The notes under the pieces were generated by a model. The model saw only the letters and a program-made list of their open reading frames with translations, was not told the DNA's origin and made no database searches. From Rotaria socialis (Eukaryota), in the NCBI GenBank assembly GCA_905331295.1, contig CAJNYD010000236.1:1-64000 (forward strand): a DNA stretch of 64,000 bases. The letters are read 5' to 3'. Below, one piece after another: positions 1 through 12,700 of this stretch. How positions within the stretch are numbered: position 1 is the first letter of the stretch; each line of letters begins with the position of its first letter. Both the position numbers and the translations under genes were made by a program.

Positions 1-450
1 TTATTATTTAAACAAACATGGTTTTGGAGAATGCCGCACTAAGGTCCTTTTCAACAAACAGTTGAACATAACTACATATCTGTATTTTGTGTATAAACAC
101 TAAGTCGTTGAAGGCTTTTTTCGAAGTCTTCAGTTTATACTTGATAAGTCAACTTTTATTATAGCACGAAGAATTTATTCAAACTTAACACGTATAATTC
201 TAGATTAGCGCAGCTACGAACGTTCGAAAACTGCCTAAATACTCAGGAATCTTGTCGTATTCTTCTCAAAAATGTGAGTAATTTTTTTCATATGTAGATG
301 AAACTGAATTAAATTAGTCCCATAACAGTTGTTTTCGGGTTTCCTGAAAATTCTCTTTGTTTTCATCTAATAATTATATAATGAGGCGAAGCTGGCAATC
401 AATCATGCAGTGTTTAAAAGGATCACGCTCACCGCATATATACAACAAAA

Positions 451-512
451 CTAGTGCAGACGGCTGGTCGTGAGTTGCGCCTCAGAGGGGCGCCAACAAG
501 TGACTAGCCGCT
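451..512 (-). mobile_element. Putative Helitron-type 3' terminus (GC-rich hairpin followed by CTAG|T on the minus strand)
   Basis: Plus strand has CGGCTGGTC...GTTGCGCCTC-AGA-GGGGCGCCAAC...GACTAGCCG (nested inverted repeats). Read on the minus strand, the hairpin is followed after a few nt by CTAG then T. The 5' end was not located. Confidence 0.4.
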
Positions 513-1799
513 CAGTTAAAAATCTGCTATGATTATAAGACTGCAGACCTTGCAGAATTATTGAATAGATACACGTTGTCTCCATCAGAAAAGTTGAAAC
601 AATTTTCGAAATAGGAGATATCTTGCAGTTCTTCCGCAGACAGGTCGTGAAATAATTGTTCAAGTCGTGTGAAATATTTGAAATTTATATTTGTCATATT
701 CATCTTAATCAGTTTAGTTTTTCCTGATTGCGAGTGGATTTGATTCAAAAGATGTAAATCTTAGATTTATCTATCTGTGAACGTGCACCCAGGAATGAAT
801 ATATGCATTCTAGACAGAAAACGCGCCGAAGCAAAATGACCCCAGATGAATTTGAGCAAAAATGAGGATAAAGCTAACCGAAATAGATTTAGAAAAAGTC
901 AGTTTGATTTGATCGATGATTTACTCGTGCAGATTCATGTTAAATATCTAGTTCATAGACCAATTTGAGTTATAACTTTACTAAAATGGAGTATGTCGAT
1001 TATAGCTCTCATGAATGGATCTTTTGCTTCACTCTGCTATCAGGCTGATCGAATGTTTTTGGGAACATAGCTTGAGCTGTAGCAGATCTGATGTACTTAA
1101 ATTCACTATCGCCATAATGTATTAGTAAGTAATAATTAAATGCCGTTTTCTTCGCGATACTGCCAAGCAAGTTTTCTATTTATGCTCGGCTATCAATCGT
1201 GTTTTCCATGAAAATCATTTCAAAGCTATAAAATGTGAAGTCTCTCAGCTAGATAGTTTTGGATAACTATGTTCTACATGACTAAATCCTTTCAGTAGAG
1301 GGTTGGCGACGCTAACGTCGCGTTACCTTGTGAGAAATTTTCATGATATATATACATATATATCAGCTGAAAAAGTGTAATCCTTTGAACGAAGAATAAA
1401 AAACCTTTTGATGATGGAGTAGAACAATAAATCCCTCGCTGTAGAATAAAATACCCTTTCAAGAAAGTAATAAACCCTTTTCTCGAGACCGTAGAATAGC
1501 CATGACGTAAATTTCTTCGAAAAAAACGCGTTCTGAGAACGCGTTTTCCCATAGCCGCGAAACGCGTTAATGCTGGCCCGTTTAACGCATTTCACATCTG
1601 CCAAAGCAAACGTTGCGAAACGATCATTTCTTGACAGCGTTTTGTACTGTTTCCGAAACTGTGGTATCGTATATTTTGGATGAAAAAAAATTGAAACCCA
1701 TCAAGTACTTCATAGAAGTTGAGTTGTATATACGATCCATACACTCGTTTGCATTGATTCATAGAACTCTAGAACTATAATTTACATAAACTTCGATAA

Positions 1800-1873
1800 A
1801 GTTAAGAGATGGATTCGAACACGAGAACAAAATTCTAAAAGACATGCACACAAACCGTTCAACTAAAATAGTC
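1800..1873 (-). other. tRNA-like / SINE-head remnant
   Basis: Minus strand reads TAGTTGAACGG (A-box-like) ... GTTCGAATCC (B box) at tRNA-like spacing. No convincing cloverleaf. Confidence 0.3.
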
Positions 1874-2061
1874 AAATGATATCTCTATTTATTGTCTCGT
1901 TATTCCGACTCTCGCATAAACTTGTTATTGAAATAGATTTTCGGTGTCTCATATCGATAAATTAAAAATTATCACTTCCTTGATACTTAAATCCAATTAT
2001 TGTTGTCATATTCCTCTTGATTTACTTTATTTTTACCTTCTTTGAAATTAAAATTTGAGTA

Positions 2062-2196
2062 CACTCTAGTCAACTCTCCTTCGAAGAATCCACAGGGAGT
2101 CCCCTGACAAATCCCCGGGTACTCACGACTGGGGCTCGCCAGGGATTTCGTTATTTTGCGGGGAATCGTCGCGGGAGAGTGGATTAGGGACACCCC
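2062..2196. mobile_element. Truncated GC-rich MITE fragment with a CACT terminus
   Basis: TA|CACTCTAGTCAAC start, then a GC-rich tract with repeated GGGA/TCCC motifs in AT-rich DNA. No matching right TIR seen. Confidence 0.35.
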
Positions 2197-2377
2197 ATTA
2201 AAACAAATTTAATCGGATCTAAATTGGATTTAATATTTTAGAAAAATTGAATGCATCAAATATGAATTGAGAAGAATTAAACTTAAAAATGTTTGCGTTT
2301 TATTTTCTGATTTATTGAATTTTTATGGCTATGAATTCAACATCCTTCAACTCAATGACATTGATAAATGAAAGAAA

Positions 2378-2518
2378 GTTTCTTCTGTAATTCGAGTTTC
2401 TCCTGTAATTCGAGTTTCTCCTGTAATTCGAGTTTCTCATGTAATTCGAGTTTCTTCTGTAATTCAAGTTTCTTCTGTAATTCAAGTTTCTTCTGTAACT
2501 CGAGTTTCTTCTGCAATC
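2378..2518. repeat. 18-bp tandem minisatellite, ~8 copies
   Basis: Unit GTTTCTTCTGTAATTCGA repeated with few substitutions. It accounts for the repetitive CNSSFF ORF at 2368-2613. Confidence 0.95.
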
Positions 2519-4110
2519 AAAGCCTAGTTACATCGATATCATACGAACCAAAATCATATTTCAGTCGCTTTATAGCCCCATGTAATCTCGAAACACATTT
2601 TAGACGCAGTTAGATACGTTTATGTTGCAAATGTTGGCATCCTGATGCGTTTCGGTATCGAGTTATGATGAAAACGCAGATAAAGGCGTTTGTAATTATC
2701 TTTTTAAACGCGTTTAAAGAATTTCGACCAGTTTATTAGCGTTAATCAGAGCAAACGTATACAAACGCGTTTAAGTGCCTATTTTAAAACGCGTGTGAAC
2801 GCAGTCTGTGTCTCTTCTTGCGTTAGAGCTTGTACCACAATTGAAACGCAATTCATTTGCTATCCAATAAACACAGTTAAATCGACGAAGTAGATAAAAC
2901 GCGTTTCATGGAGGTATGAGTGAACTCATGAAATGTCGAAAACGAGCTTCATTGCACACCCTTTCCAAAACACAACTGAATTTATAGTTATATAGTAGGT
3001 ACTGTCAATGAAGAGTAGTCAGACATGCAACGAATCTAATATTTTTGGTTTTGAAGCTTTCGTTTTCGTTTTCATTTTGAAATTCGTCGAAAAATATTAT
3101 ATTTTCAAACTAAAACCAAAACTTCAAAACCAGTTTTGATTTTAGTTCATGCCTAAGCATGATTACTATCGAAATCTGCATTTATACAAAGATAGGCTTG
3201 AGTACAACGGAGTTTACTCTAGTTAAAATGCTACATCATCGTGTTGATAAATATTAATGTATAGTTATATAAAAGCCTTTTTAACATTCATGCACTTAAC
3301 CGATCGCTATTGTCATCGTTATTTAATTTTAGCTTAAAGTTACGGCAAATGAGCAAAACAACATTCTGATAGAAATTACTGAAGAATAAAATGACTGTCT
3401 ATCAAATTTTAAAACTGAAGATGTATCGAGAATTACAAAATTCCTCCGATTACTATTCTTGATCGATCACTAACAGTCACATTGCAACGACCGTCGACTA
3501 AAAGTAGAAAATGATTGAAGATTATGACTCATTACTGCTGCCAGAGATAAAAAAATAAAAGGTGCTTCTATTTATCGCCACGCTACTTTTCAATCAGAAA
3601 AAAATAAAAAAGGAAAGATGTCTTTTTTTTCTTATTCTACTTAAAACTTTCAGTTTCTGCAAAAAAGAAACGGGAGTTGAGATGGACTTCTTCAATATAA
3701 CATGGAGATCGAATTAGATTCTTTAGTATTTTTTTCGATCTTTTAACACCGTCAAATCCGAAATCTGACCAAGAATATTTATCTGTTACAAGCAATTTTT
3801 ATTTTTCCTTACTAACATTCACTTCAGCTACAACTTAGTTTTCACTTGGGAATGGACCTTGATACGTGGTTATTTTGTCTCATTTTTCAAAGAAACATTA
3901 TCGCCGTCATAGAATAGCAAACACTATGAAATAATTTGTTCCTATTCTCTCTCGAGAGCAGGTGCACAAGCGCGTGTCTACATCCCCATTTTTTTAACGT
4001 CATCCTCCTCTTCGTGCTAGAATGATGAGAGGAATCAACAGTAACTACCGCTCTAATAAAAAAAAAGGTCAATCATCAATTCTGCAACTAAATACTTCAG
4101 TTATCAACGC

Positions 4111-5893
4111 AATGGAACAAACTAAGAATCAAACGAATGTGAAAAGTATTAACACAGCAGCTACTTACAATTTGGAAGAAATGATCGCATACACCTGACA
4201 AAATCCCAATATAGCACTAGGTACTCATTATCATCTTACCGAAGTTCCACATCTGCAACAACTCAATTCTCCAATCGAAGTTTCAACACCACAAACACTT
4301 GAACGAAATCTTGATTCAAGTGATAGCAATGATGCACAAATATCAAAATAAAATCGCATTCTATCGAACAGAAAACAACAAGAATATGGTCTAATGAATG
4401 TATCAATAGCTTCAAAGGCGTTACTTCCATTGAATAATAATCCTGTGCTAGATCAACACCAACCGCACACATCAGAACATCAACAAGGTCGTCTCCCATT
4501 TGAGGAGCTGAAACGAGCTGTTTCAAACAACCATCCGTGTTTTTTAATTAAATATGATCTAGATGTGAACTCGAAGAACCATTCACCCGATATATCAGCA
4601 GCAAGTATTTTTGAAGATCATTTCAAACAACAAGGAATCTCAATCATTTTCTCTCTCGTAGATCATTCAGGTATTAAATTAAAATTAGGGGTCAACAACA
4701 AAGAATCGTATGCAGCATTAATATCTACGGATAAATGACCGTCACAAATCAATAATATCAACATCACTGTCATAAAACCAAAATTTATTCCTAATGCATT
4801 CGCTCTTGTAGTACATTACGTACCTCTCCAGTACAATGAAGAATATGTCAAAGAAGAAATTGAACGAAATCTTCAATCAGCTGAAAATGTTAAACGCATT
4901 CAATATCACTTTCGACGAAGAACAAATGATTTCCAATTTGTTGTTAAAGATTTACGCGAATATAATTGTACGATAAAATTAGGTCGAATGTCGATTGGAA
5001 ATACTCTCTGTACCATTACTCAATTCCTGGCCGGGAATCGTATGACATTTTGTACTCGTTGCTGGTGTTTAGGTCACATGAGAGATAAATGTGAACTAGG
5101 AAATCTTATCAATGGTCAAACGCACATCTGTTTGAATAGGACTCGCTGTGCCCAATGCAATGATGATCATCAATCATTATCTAGTGAATGCGATAAAGTG
5201 GTAAAATATCGATCAGAATTAAAAGCTCAAGTCAACAATGCAATATCGTCAGGAAAATTACACCGATTAATACCTCAAGACCGCACCCAATCGATGGAGT
5301 TTCAAACGAAGTAAAATGAATTTCCATTATTACCACAGTATATGCCTGGTGCTACACCATGAAAACTGGCTTCAGTACAACAAGCAACAGCAACTAATAT
5401 GAATGGAAGTGAAGATGTAACAAAAATGTTGGTATCGATAAACCAAAATATCTTAGATATGAAGGAGAATACACATCGTAATGATGAAAAATTAGATCGT
5501 ATTAACAATAAGGTCAATCCATCTGCTCTGGATACGGAACTTCATCAATTAACACTGGAGAAATTATTACCTATATGTGTATCAATCGTTTGTGACTTTA
5601 TTTGGCCCGTGATGACTTACAATGTTGTTGGACTAGGTGATAAGCATTCACAATTGCAAAAGCTATTAAGTAGTGTGGATTTATTATTGCGTGATCTAAA
5701 ATCGAACTATTCAGCTCGACGTAAACGCAGTACATCTCCACCACCACAGCTCTCGCCATCTCAGCAACCTTCAAAATCGTCTAATATCACTACGAACAAT
5801 GGACTTGATCAAAACATGAGCAAAATGGATGAGTATCAGACTTTCAGATTTAAGAGTAGAAGCGAATTCCTTTTCTCCCTTTCAAACACTTAA
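4111..5893 (+). pseudogene. LINE ORF1, gag-like nucleic-acid-binding protein, disrupted
   Basis: CTRCWCLGHMRDKC (CX2CX4HX4C) and CAQCNDDHQSLSSEC knuckles, with a coiled-coil-like segment after them. Several in-frame stops split the frame into ORFs 4394, 4988 and 5399. Confidence 0.85.
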
Positions 5894-7402
5894 TCCTAGA
5901 GAGACTGCGATGAAAGACTTTTGTCAATGGGGATTCCAGGAAAAGGTCAAAAACTAGTGGAAAAAATCCTTGTAGAATCGTTTACATCAGGTACTCTAGA
6001 AAATATTCTCTTATAATGGGAAAATATTTCACCTAAAGAAATTCAAATAGAACGAACTCCATTAAATATCCTCTGGTGTAACGTGCAAGGATGGGGTCCA
6101 GACGCCTTGAGGTAATTGACATTGTTTATACAGTAGAGGCCTCCATTTGCGTTTTTACTGAAGTCTGTGGAATACATCTTGAGTGTCTCGTTTCAATATT
6201 TTTCATCAACATGGTACAAATAACAGTGTAGGAAAACATTTAAAAGGTACGAGAATAGAAGTTAATGTTGAAAATGCTGTTATTATTAATGTTAATTTTT
6301 TTTCTGAAACAATAAGAGTAATCGCTTTTTACTGGAAAGCAGGTCAGATCATGATGTTAGATGATTTAGAATCATATATCATTGAAAACACAATTATCAC
6401 TAGTGATTTCAATGCATCCATAAAAGAGGTAGACACTTGAAGAGTGTGGGTGGAAAAGAATAATCTTGGTTATATTCCACCGACACTGCATGCTTAAAAA
6501 TGTTCGAATAGAAACATTGATCTATCATTTACAAATATAGATGAGGTAAGAGAAGAGGCGCTGAACATTGATACCAGTGATCACTGGCCACTGTTGATAA
6601 CATTTAAGAATGTGGGTTTTGAAAAGAATAAAATGTTCCCACATGTGAATTGGAAGGCGTATGAAGTCATTCTTACGCTGTTACAGGAGTTTTGGAAAAA
6701 TGAGCAAAATAGAGGCATGCCAGTTGATGAGTGGTATATGAATTATGTACGTTTTCTTGCTGCTCTAAAAGTCAGACTTACACAATGGAAAGAAAAAGAA
6801 AAAGTCCGTTCATCACTACTGCCTTATCTTATTCAGAAACTGAAAGAAGTAAAAAGAATAAGAAATAAATATTATCGTGAGAAAACAATATTTAATACAA
6901 ATGAAGAGACAAGAGTATTATTACGTGTGTTGTCATGTGAAGTAAAGATATAAATTGCAAAATATAAATCGAGTAAATGACAGGCATTTCTGCCTGAAAT
7001 TCAAGAAACACATGACAACACAGATATAGGTTTTTGGTTATATTTCTCCCGGATATATAAACATAAATCACTACCCTAGTCGAAATCAGATACCGGTAAA
7101 ACAATATTGACAAAAGAAAACGAAATTAGTGATAAACTTTATCGGTATTATTCGGAGCAGTTTAAAGCACAAAATGCGGATATATCAGATCCTCATGAAA
7201 ATCAAATTGAAACAGCGTATCTAGAATTGATGAATAAACTTCCGATACTAAATGAAAAGATTGAAATGACGAATTTTACAGAAATGAAAAAAGCACATTT
7301 TAAACTTGAAACCGAAAAAATCATCTGGTTTCGATGCAGTGTCTAACTTTATAATCAAAAGAATTCCACCTGGTTATATGAGTTTTTTAGTAAATTGTCT
7401 TA

Positions 7403-7699
7403 CCCAGGTCGAACAGTCCGGCCTGGAAACAATCAGTTACGGGTAATTTCGTTCATTTTGTGGAAGCAGTATTCCGGTTGGAAAATTTTCGAATTTTTTC
7501 CGGTGATTTCCGATCAGTTCCTGCCGGAGAGTACCGAAACTTGGCAAAAATTCGCCGGGAAAGTCCGGCCGTATTTTTGACCGGAATACTGCTTCCATGT
7601 TCCAGCGATTTCTTGCGGTTTCCTGCAGGATATGGTGACTGTCCCGCATATTCCATGGAGTATCCTACGGGATTTGGTGGCCGGAATGTTCGACCTGGG
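7403..7699. mobile_element. MITE, CCCAGGTCGAACA TIR family (CMC/EnSpm-like)
   Basis: 13-bp TIR CCCAGGTCGAACA / TGTTCGACCTGGG with TA duplicated on both sides and internal CCGG-rich repeats. Removal restores the RT reading frame NCLNTWLNEHKYPDMWK. Confidence 0.92.
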
Positions 7700-7855
7700 T
7701 AATACTTGGCTAAACGAACACAAATATCCCGATATGTGGAAATTAGTAAAGTAGTTACACTGAATAAATTAAAAGCAGGAATACCGCGTTGTGACCAGAC
7801 TCGGTCAATTTCAATTTTAGCAACACATTCAAAATTATTTGAAAAAATTATGCTA

Positions 7856-8117
7856 CACTGAAAAAAAAAGTACTCTACGAAACTTAAAAAGGTTCCGAGA
7901 TTTGCAACGAATTCGAAACCCTTTTGCGATGCCGTAAGGAACCTTCAAAGTTCTGTATAGTCTCACGAAACCTGTGTCAAAGTCTCCGATATCTTTAAGG
8001 GTTTTGTGAGACTTTACGAAACCCTTGAAGGTTCCGTACGACATCGCAAAAGGGTTTCGAATTCGTTGCAAATCTCGGAACCTTTTTAAGTTTCGTAGAG
8101 TACTTTTTTTTTCAGTG
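7856..8117. mobile_element. Fold-back MITE with CACTG termini (CMC/CACTA-like)
   Basis: Almost wholly palindromic (CACTGAAAA...GTACTCTACGAAACTTAAAAAGGTTCCGAG... and its reverse complement), TA duplication. Removal restores FEKIMLERLRYWAETN. Confidence 0.93.
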
Positions 8118-9468
8118 TAGAAAGACTGAGATACTGGGCAGAAACTAATAGACTAGTATCAGCTGAGCAGTTGGAATTTCGTCCAGGTTTTTTACTTCAG
8201 ACGAGACTTCTATCTATATATCAAGAGATTCAAAACAATATGACTGCAAATATTCCAACACTAGCAGTCTATGTTGGCTATCAAAAGGTATACGATAAAG
8301 TATGGCATAAAGGTCTTGTTGTTAAACTCAATAGAATGGGTATACCCTTAGGACTATTGAAATTAATTATTTCTTGGTTGAATGATCGCCGAGCGTATGT
8401 TATATTTGGAGAGAATAAATCGAAAATTTTTTACACTCACATTGGTTTGCCTCAAGGCAGTAGTTTAAGTCCCTATCTTTTCATTGTCTATCATAGTGAT
8501 CTTGTTACATGTTTAGGTGCTTTTTCAAGCCATATTTTCGCTGACGATCTCAACGTACTTATATTCCCACCTATATGTCGAGGAGTTAAGTCGATAATTA
8601 AGTTTCTAGAAGAAGAAGGAACAAAAATATGTAATAAAATAGCGTATGACTCCAAGAAATGGAAACAATCAGTTAATTTCTCAAAAACAGTAGTTCAGGT
8701 TTTTCACTCTCAAGTGCAAAGTTCAGTAGTTGATATCTATATGGAAGGTAAAAAACTAGAAGTAGTTAAAGAATTTAAATATCTTGGTCTTGCTTGGACA
8801 AATAAGATGTCTTTGAAACCAACGATAGGCAAAACACTTGAAAACATTCAAGGAACATTTAGTAAATTAAGATGGATGAAACGTGGTAAAACCCTCTCAA
8901 AAGATGTCTTGCGAAGCTGTTTCTTTGCTTTCAGTTTCTCATATTTTGCCTGGATATTTCCTTTCTACTCCTTGCTGTCCCTAACTGAAAAAAATTACTT
9001 CTAAGGAAATTTAGAAATGGATTAAGACTGATTCATCGCTGTCCCTTTGCTCGAGCAACATATCTTCTTCAAATAACAAATGAAGATCCATTAGAAGGAT
9101 GCGTGAAAAGATATCTAAAGAAACGATTAGAACGAATTGAAAAATCAAATTTAGGTCTGTCACCCTTTTACAACGATGTATTCTATTGGGATACATTTCA
9201 TAAAAATAAAAATGATCATAAGGGACAGTTTTTTCGAATGAAACGAGCTAGAGTTACGTGTGAAAGACATCAATCGCTGCTTCTTTAATGGCTGGAATTG
9301 TTATGTGTGTGAAGTTCTGCCATGTGATTAATTTATATGCTACTCACATATCATTCTTTAAATCGTTACTCCTCTTTTTTTTCTCTTTTTCTTTCTCCTT
9401 TTCGTATTATTACTAGCTTTTCTTTCCTTTCGTTGTCCATCTTTTTCATTTTTCATTTTTTTCCTATG

Positions 9469-9754
9469 CCCAGGTCGATCAACTTGTGTCGTACACGGTC
9501 GTTTGGTATGCACCGTATTACGGTCGTTTTGCATCGTATCATAAACGATCGTATACGGTCGTATACTGAAATATCGGAGTACATTACGGCCGTTTGTAAC
9601 CGTTTACGACACGGCGAAATACGGCCGTAATACGATGCATACTAAAACGTCAAATTACGGCGATTTATGGTCGGAAACGTTATAAAACGGTAGTATACGT
9701 TGCCGTATGCGGCCATTTACGATCGTATCAGGTCATCGTAATGTTCGACCTAGG
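9469..9754. mobile_element. MITE, CCCAGGTCGA TIR family, in the LINE 3' UTR
   Basis: CCCAGGTCGATCA ... TGTTCGACCTAGG, internal TACGG/CCGTA repeats, flanked by ATG on both sides. Confidence 0.85.
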
Positions 9755-12700
9755 ATGTTGTTACATTTTATCTACAAAACGTGGCTTATTATAATTTAAT
9801 CATGTTTCTTGTATGCTTATATCGTGCATGGTTGTGCAATCGAACAGCTGTGAATACATAAACTATTATTTGTAAGCACTTCCAAGTGTAACAGTAAAGA
9901 AAGCGAAATAAAAAAAAATACTTGTTCCTATTCAAGTATTGGCACCAGCTTGTAATTTAATACAGAGAAATCTTGTTTCGGCATAGAAATTGTATAGAAT
10001 CATAAACTTAATCGCATCACTTGATTCTTTCAGTCAGCTTTAATATTCAGATAGATTTCGGATTGTTTCTAGTACATTCAATATATCTACTTTAAATTGT
10101 GATTAAACACATTCTCTGTGTCAAAACAGTTTATTTTTTTTCGAAGGTGCCTCGCACATTAGTTTTAATCATCTAGTCGAGGAATAGATAGAACGATTAG
10201 AAATCATTTCAGAACCATTAATATTATGGAAGTGCTAATAGATTTTGATCAAAATAAATTATAGAGTACAATAGCGCACTGTTGACTATCTATCAGTTGC
10301 TTAAAATTAAGTTGAGAAGACATCGAAGAGAATCTATGAATGTGTTTCAACAAAATATTTTAGAAACAATACCCGGTTTTACCGTTTTAATTTGCATTGG
10401 CTGGTTCCAATTATCGTATGATATAATTAATCAAACACAAGCACAGGTTTGTCCAATTAGAAGTTGAACGATTCTATTGCTTCCATATTGCATAGATGTT
10501 TGATATAAGTGAGTACTTATTTTTCAATGAGACAGAAAAAGACTGTAAGCATTATTCAGCGATTACTTTTCTGTACCAGCGTATGCACGAAAGCGTTCGT
10601 CTGCTTTTGTGTACAATATTTGAAAAGTTTATTGTGAGAATTTAACTATATCCAATTAAAGAAACGTTTAGCATAAACACACTACTTTTCCTCTGTTTTC
10701 GTTTCATTATTCATTATCATCGATAACGTTCTTTTTTTAATTAATATTATTCTAGAGAACATTTTTTCTTAGATTGAATAATGCCTATTATGAACGAGTT
10801 TCCACTGTATGAGGCATCAATATACTAAATAAGATAAGATGACGATTCGGTAGATTGAATCCAGTAGGTACTCTCATATTTAAATGGTAGTATTGTACAA
10901 AAACATTAGATAAGACTCATATTTATATATCAATGGCATTGTTAGGCAATCAGAAAGAAGTTTCATCAACAAGAATCAGATATAATTTGCTTAAAGCCAA
11001 CATATTCTTAGAGGAGTTGATTGATATGGTTAGACCTACTTTTGAAAGCGATCGATTGTTTTAATACTCAATCTAATGTAGCAACTTGTTCTCTTTCCTA
11101 AGTCAATGAGTGCTGTTCACTTTTCTATTATTAGTGTAGAGAAAAAGAGAAGAATCTAGAAGCACATCAGTTAAATTTGAACTCAATAGGTCTATTGTGA
11201 AACCTTCAATTAAAGTGTAGTAGTCATAGATAGCATCTAATCATGGGAAAAGTAACTAAAAGCGAAAAAAACGAAGATTCATCTTCGTTGATGTACTTGA
11301 GTTGAACACCTTTTTTGAATATGTTTTATGAAACGAGTCTTCATCAAAACAGTATAGTATCCATAACAATAGGAATATATTTTACGACAATATACCTCAT
11401 TTGTTTCAGAATTCAGAATTAAGTAATGTTTGCATGTAAGATAACTCGAAGAACCAGTGATTATCGTTAGTCTTTCTGAATTTTCTAATGATTTACTATG
11501 ATCTTAATGATACTTTCTCTTACTTATTGAAAAGCGCCATTCTAACCGATAATTTAAATAATAAAGTTAATCAATAGATCGAAGCGAATGATTTGCATTA
11601 TTTTTTAAAAGTTTTAGAAAATATATATAGGTATATTAAGGCTTTTTGAAACGCGCTCGATTCATGAAAAAAAGAAATTCGTGCAGTGATGTTATACGAA
11701 CGATAGATTTCTATTTTACTTATTAGACAGCTTCGATTCGAATGATAAATGAGAAAATGACAGCTACTCATAGATGGAACTTGCGAGTAACTTGTTGCCA
11801 AAAGTAAAAAGAAGTAAGAAATGATTATTATGATTCATGATTGCGATGAATTTAGTAGAAAGCAAACTACCACATCAGAGTGCAAAATGACGATAAAATA
11901 CTCAAATTGTAATCAACACTATTTTGAAAGGCTTAAATACTTAAGAGGCGTAAGTAGTGCAATATAACATCGATTTCTTTCGTCGACACTTCAATACTAT
12001 GTCACTTATATCAACCCAGTGTAAGTTTCTATGTTGATTCGTTCTATCAAAAGAACAAGGACAGTTAAGGGAACAAAATCTGCAGCCTCTTAGTATCCCT
12101 TTTCTTTTATTATCCCAATAGCCAATTGAAATTTTAAGAATCGATAATAATTCGGCTATCTTCATTTTTTCTAGAAGTAGCTGATTAAAAAACTCGTTGC
12201 GATCGATCCTCTTTAGATTCATCCATGCAATTTATTTCAATGTTTTTATTTCACTTTCACTCTAATTAGTCTTAATTGCTTATCAACTTTAGAGAATACA
12301 ACTATTTTTTTTTTCTGTAGCAATGCTGTTCAGTTGTTTAATCACAATGTTTTTGACCCTGACTGAATTATAGTACTATTCATTTTTTTTTGAAAGCAGC
12401 AATCTACCACGCCTTGTATATCTTTCAATGACTTTTCTCTAGATCGATTCTATCACATAGCTTAAATTATAGATGTGACACTTTAATACGATGGAAAATT
12501 CATGTGAATCTCAAAACTGTTGTTTGCTTTACTGAAGTTTATCCACATCACTTGTGGACGTATACCAAAGCACAACAATGTCAATACTGGATGAAAATCT
12601 CCGAAAATATCTATTTCCATCCAAAGCATTAGTCCTGCTACTCCTCCGAGTGACTAGTGAAAAATCAAGTCAGTTAAATAATAAATTTGCCTCTGAAAAG

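Larger units (their letters stand above)
5826..9290 (+). pseudogene. LINE ORF2, AP endonuclease + reverse transcriptase, disrupted
   Basis: APE motifs LNILWCNVQG, IITSDFNA, IDLSFT, TSDHWPL. RT motifs YDKVWH, GLPQGSSLSPYLF, FADD, FKYLG. Stops, frameshifts and two MITE insertions. Confidence 0.92.
3948..9919 (+). mobile_element. Full-length degenerate non-LTR retrotransposon (LINE; jockey/I-like, Hebe-like architecture)
   Basis: ORF1 remnants with zinc knuckles and ORF2 remnants with APE and RT motifs. A-rich tail at ~9906-9918. Flanked by the direct repeat TTGTTCCTATTC at 3936-3947 and 9922-9933. Confidence 0.9.

Noticed and set aside
2368..2613. Cys/Ser/Phe-repeat ORF, or a CRISPR-like array
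   Set aside because: Head-to-tail 18-bp tandem repeat with no spacers in a eukaryotic context; the ORF is a by-product.
7395..8071. Several overlapping short ORFs on both strands
   Set aside because: They lie within GC-richer MITEs, where stop codons are rare by chance.
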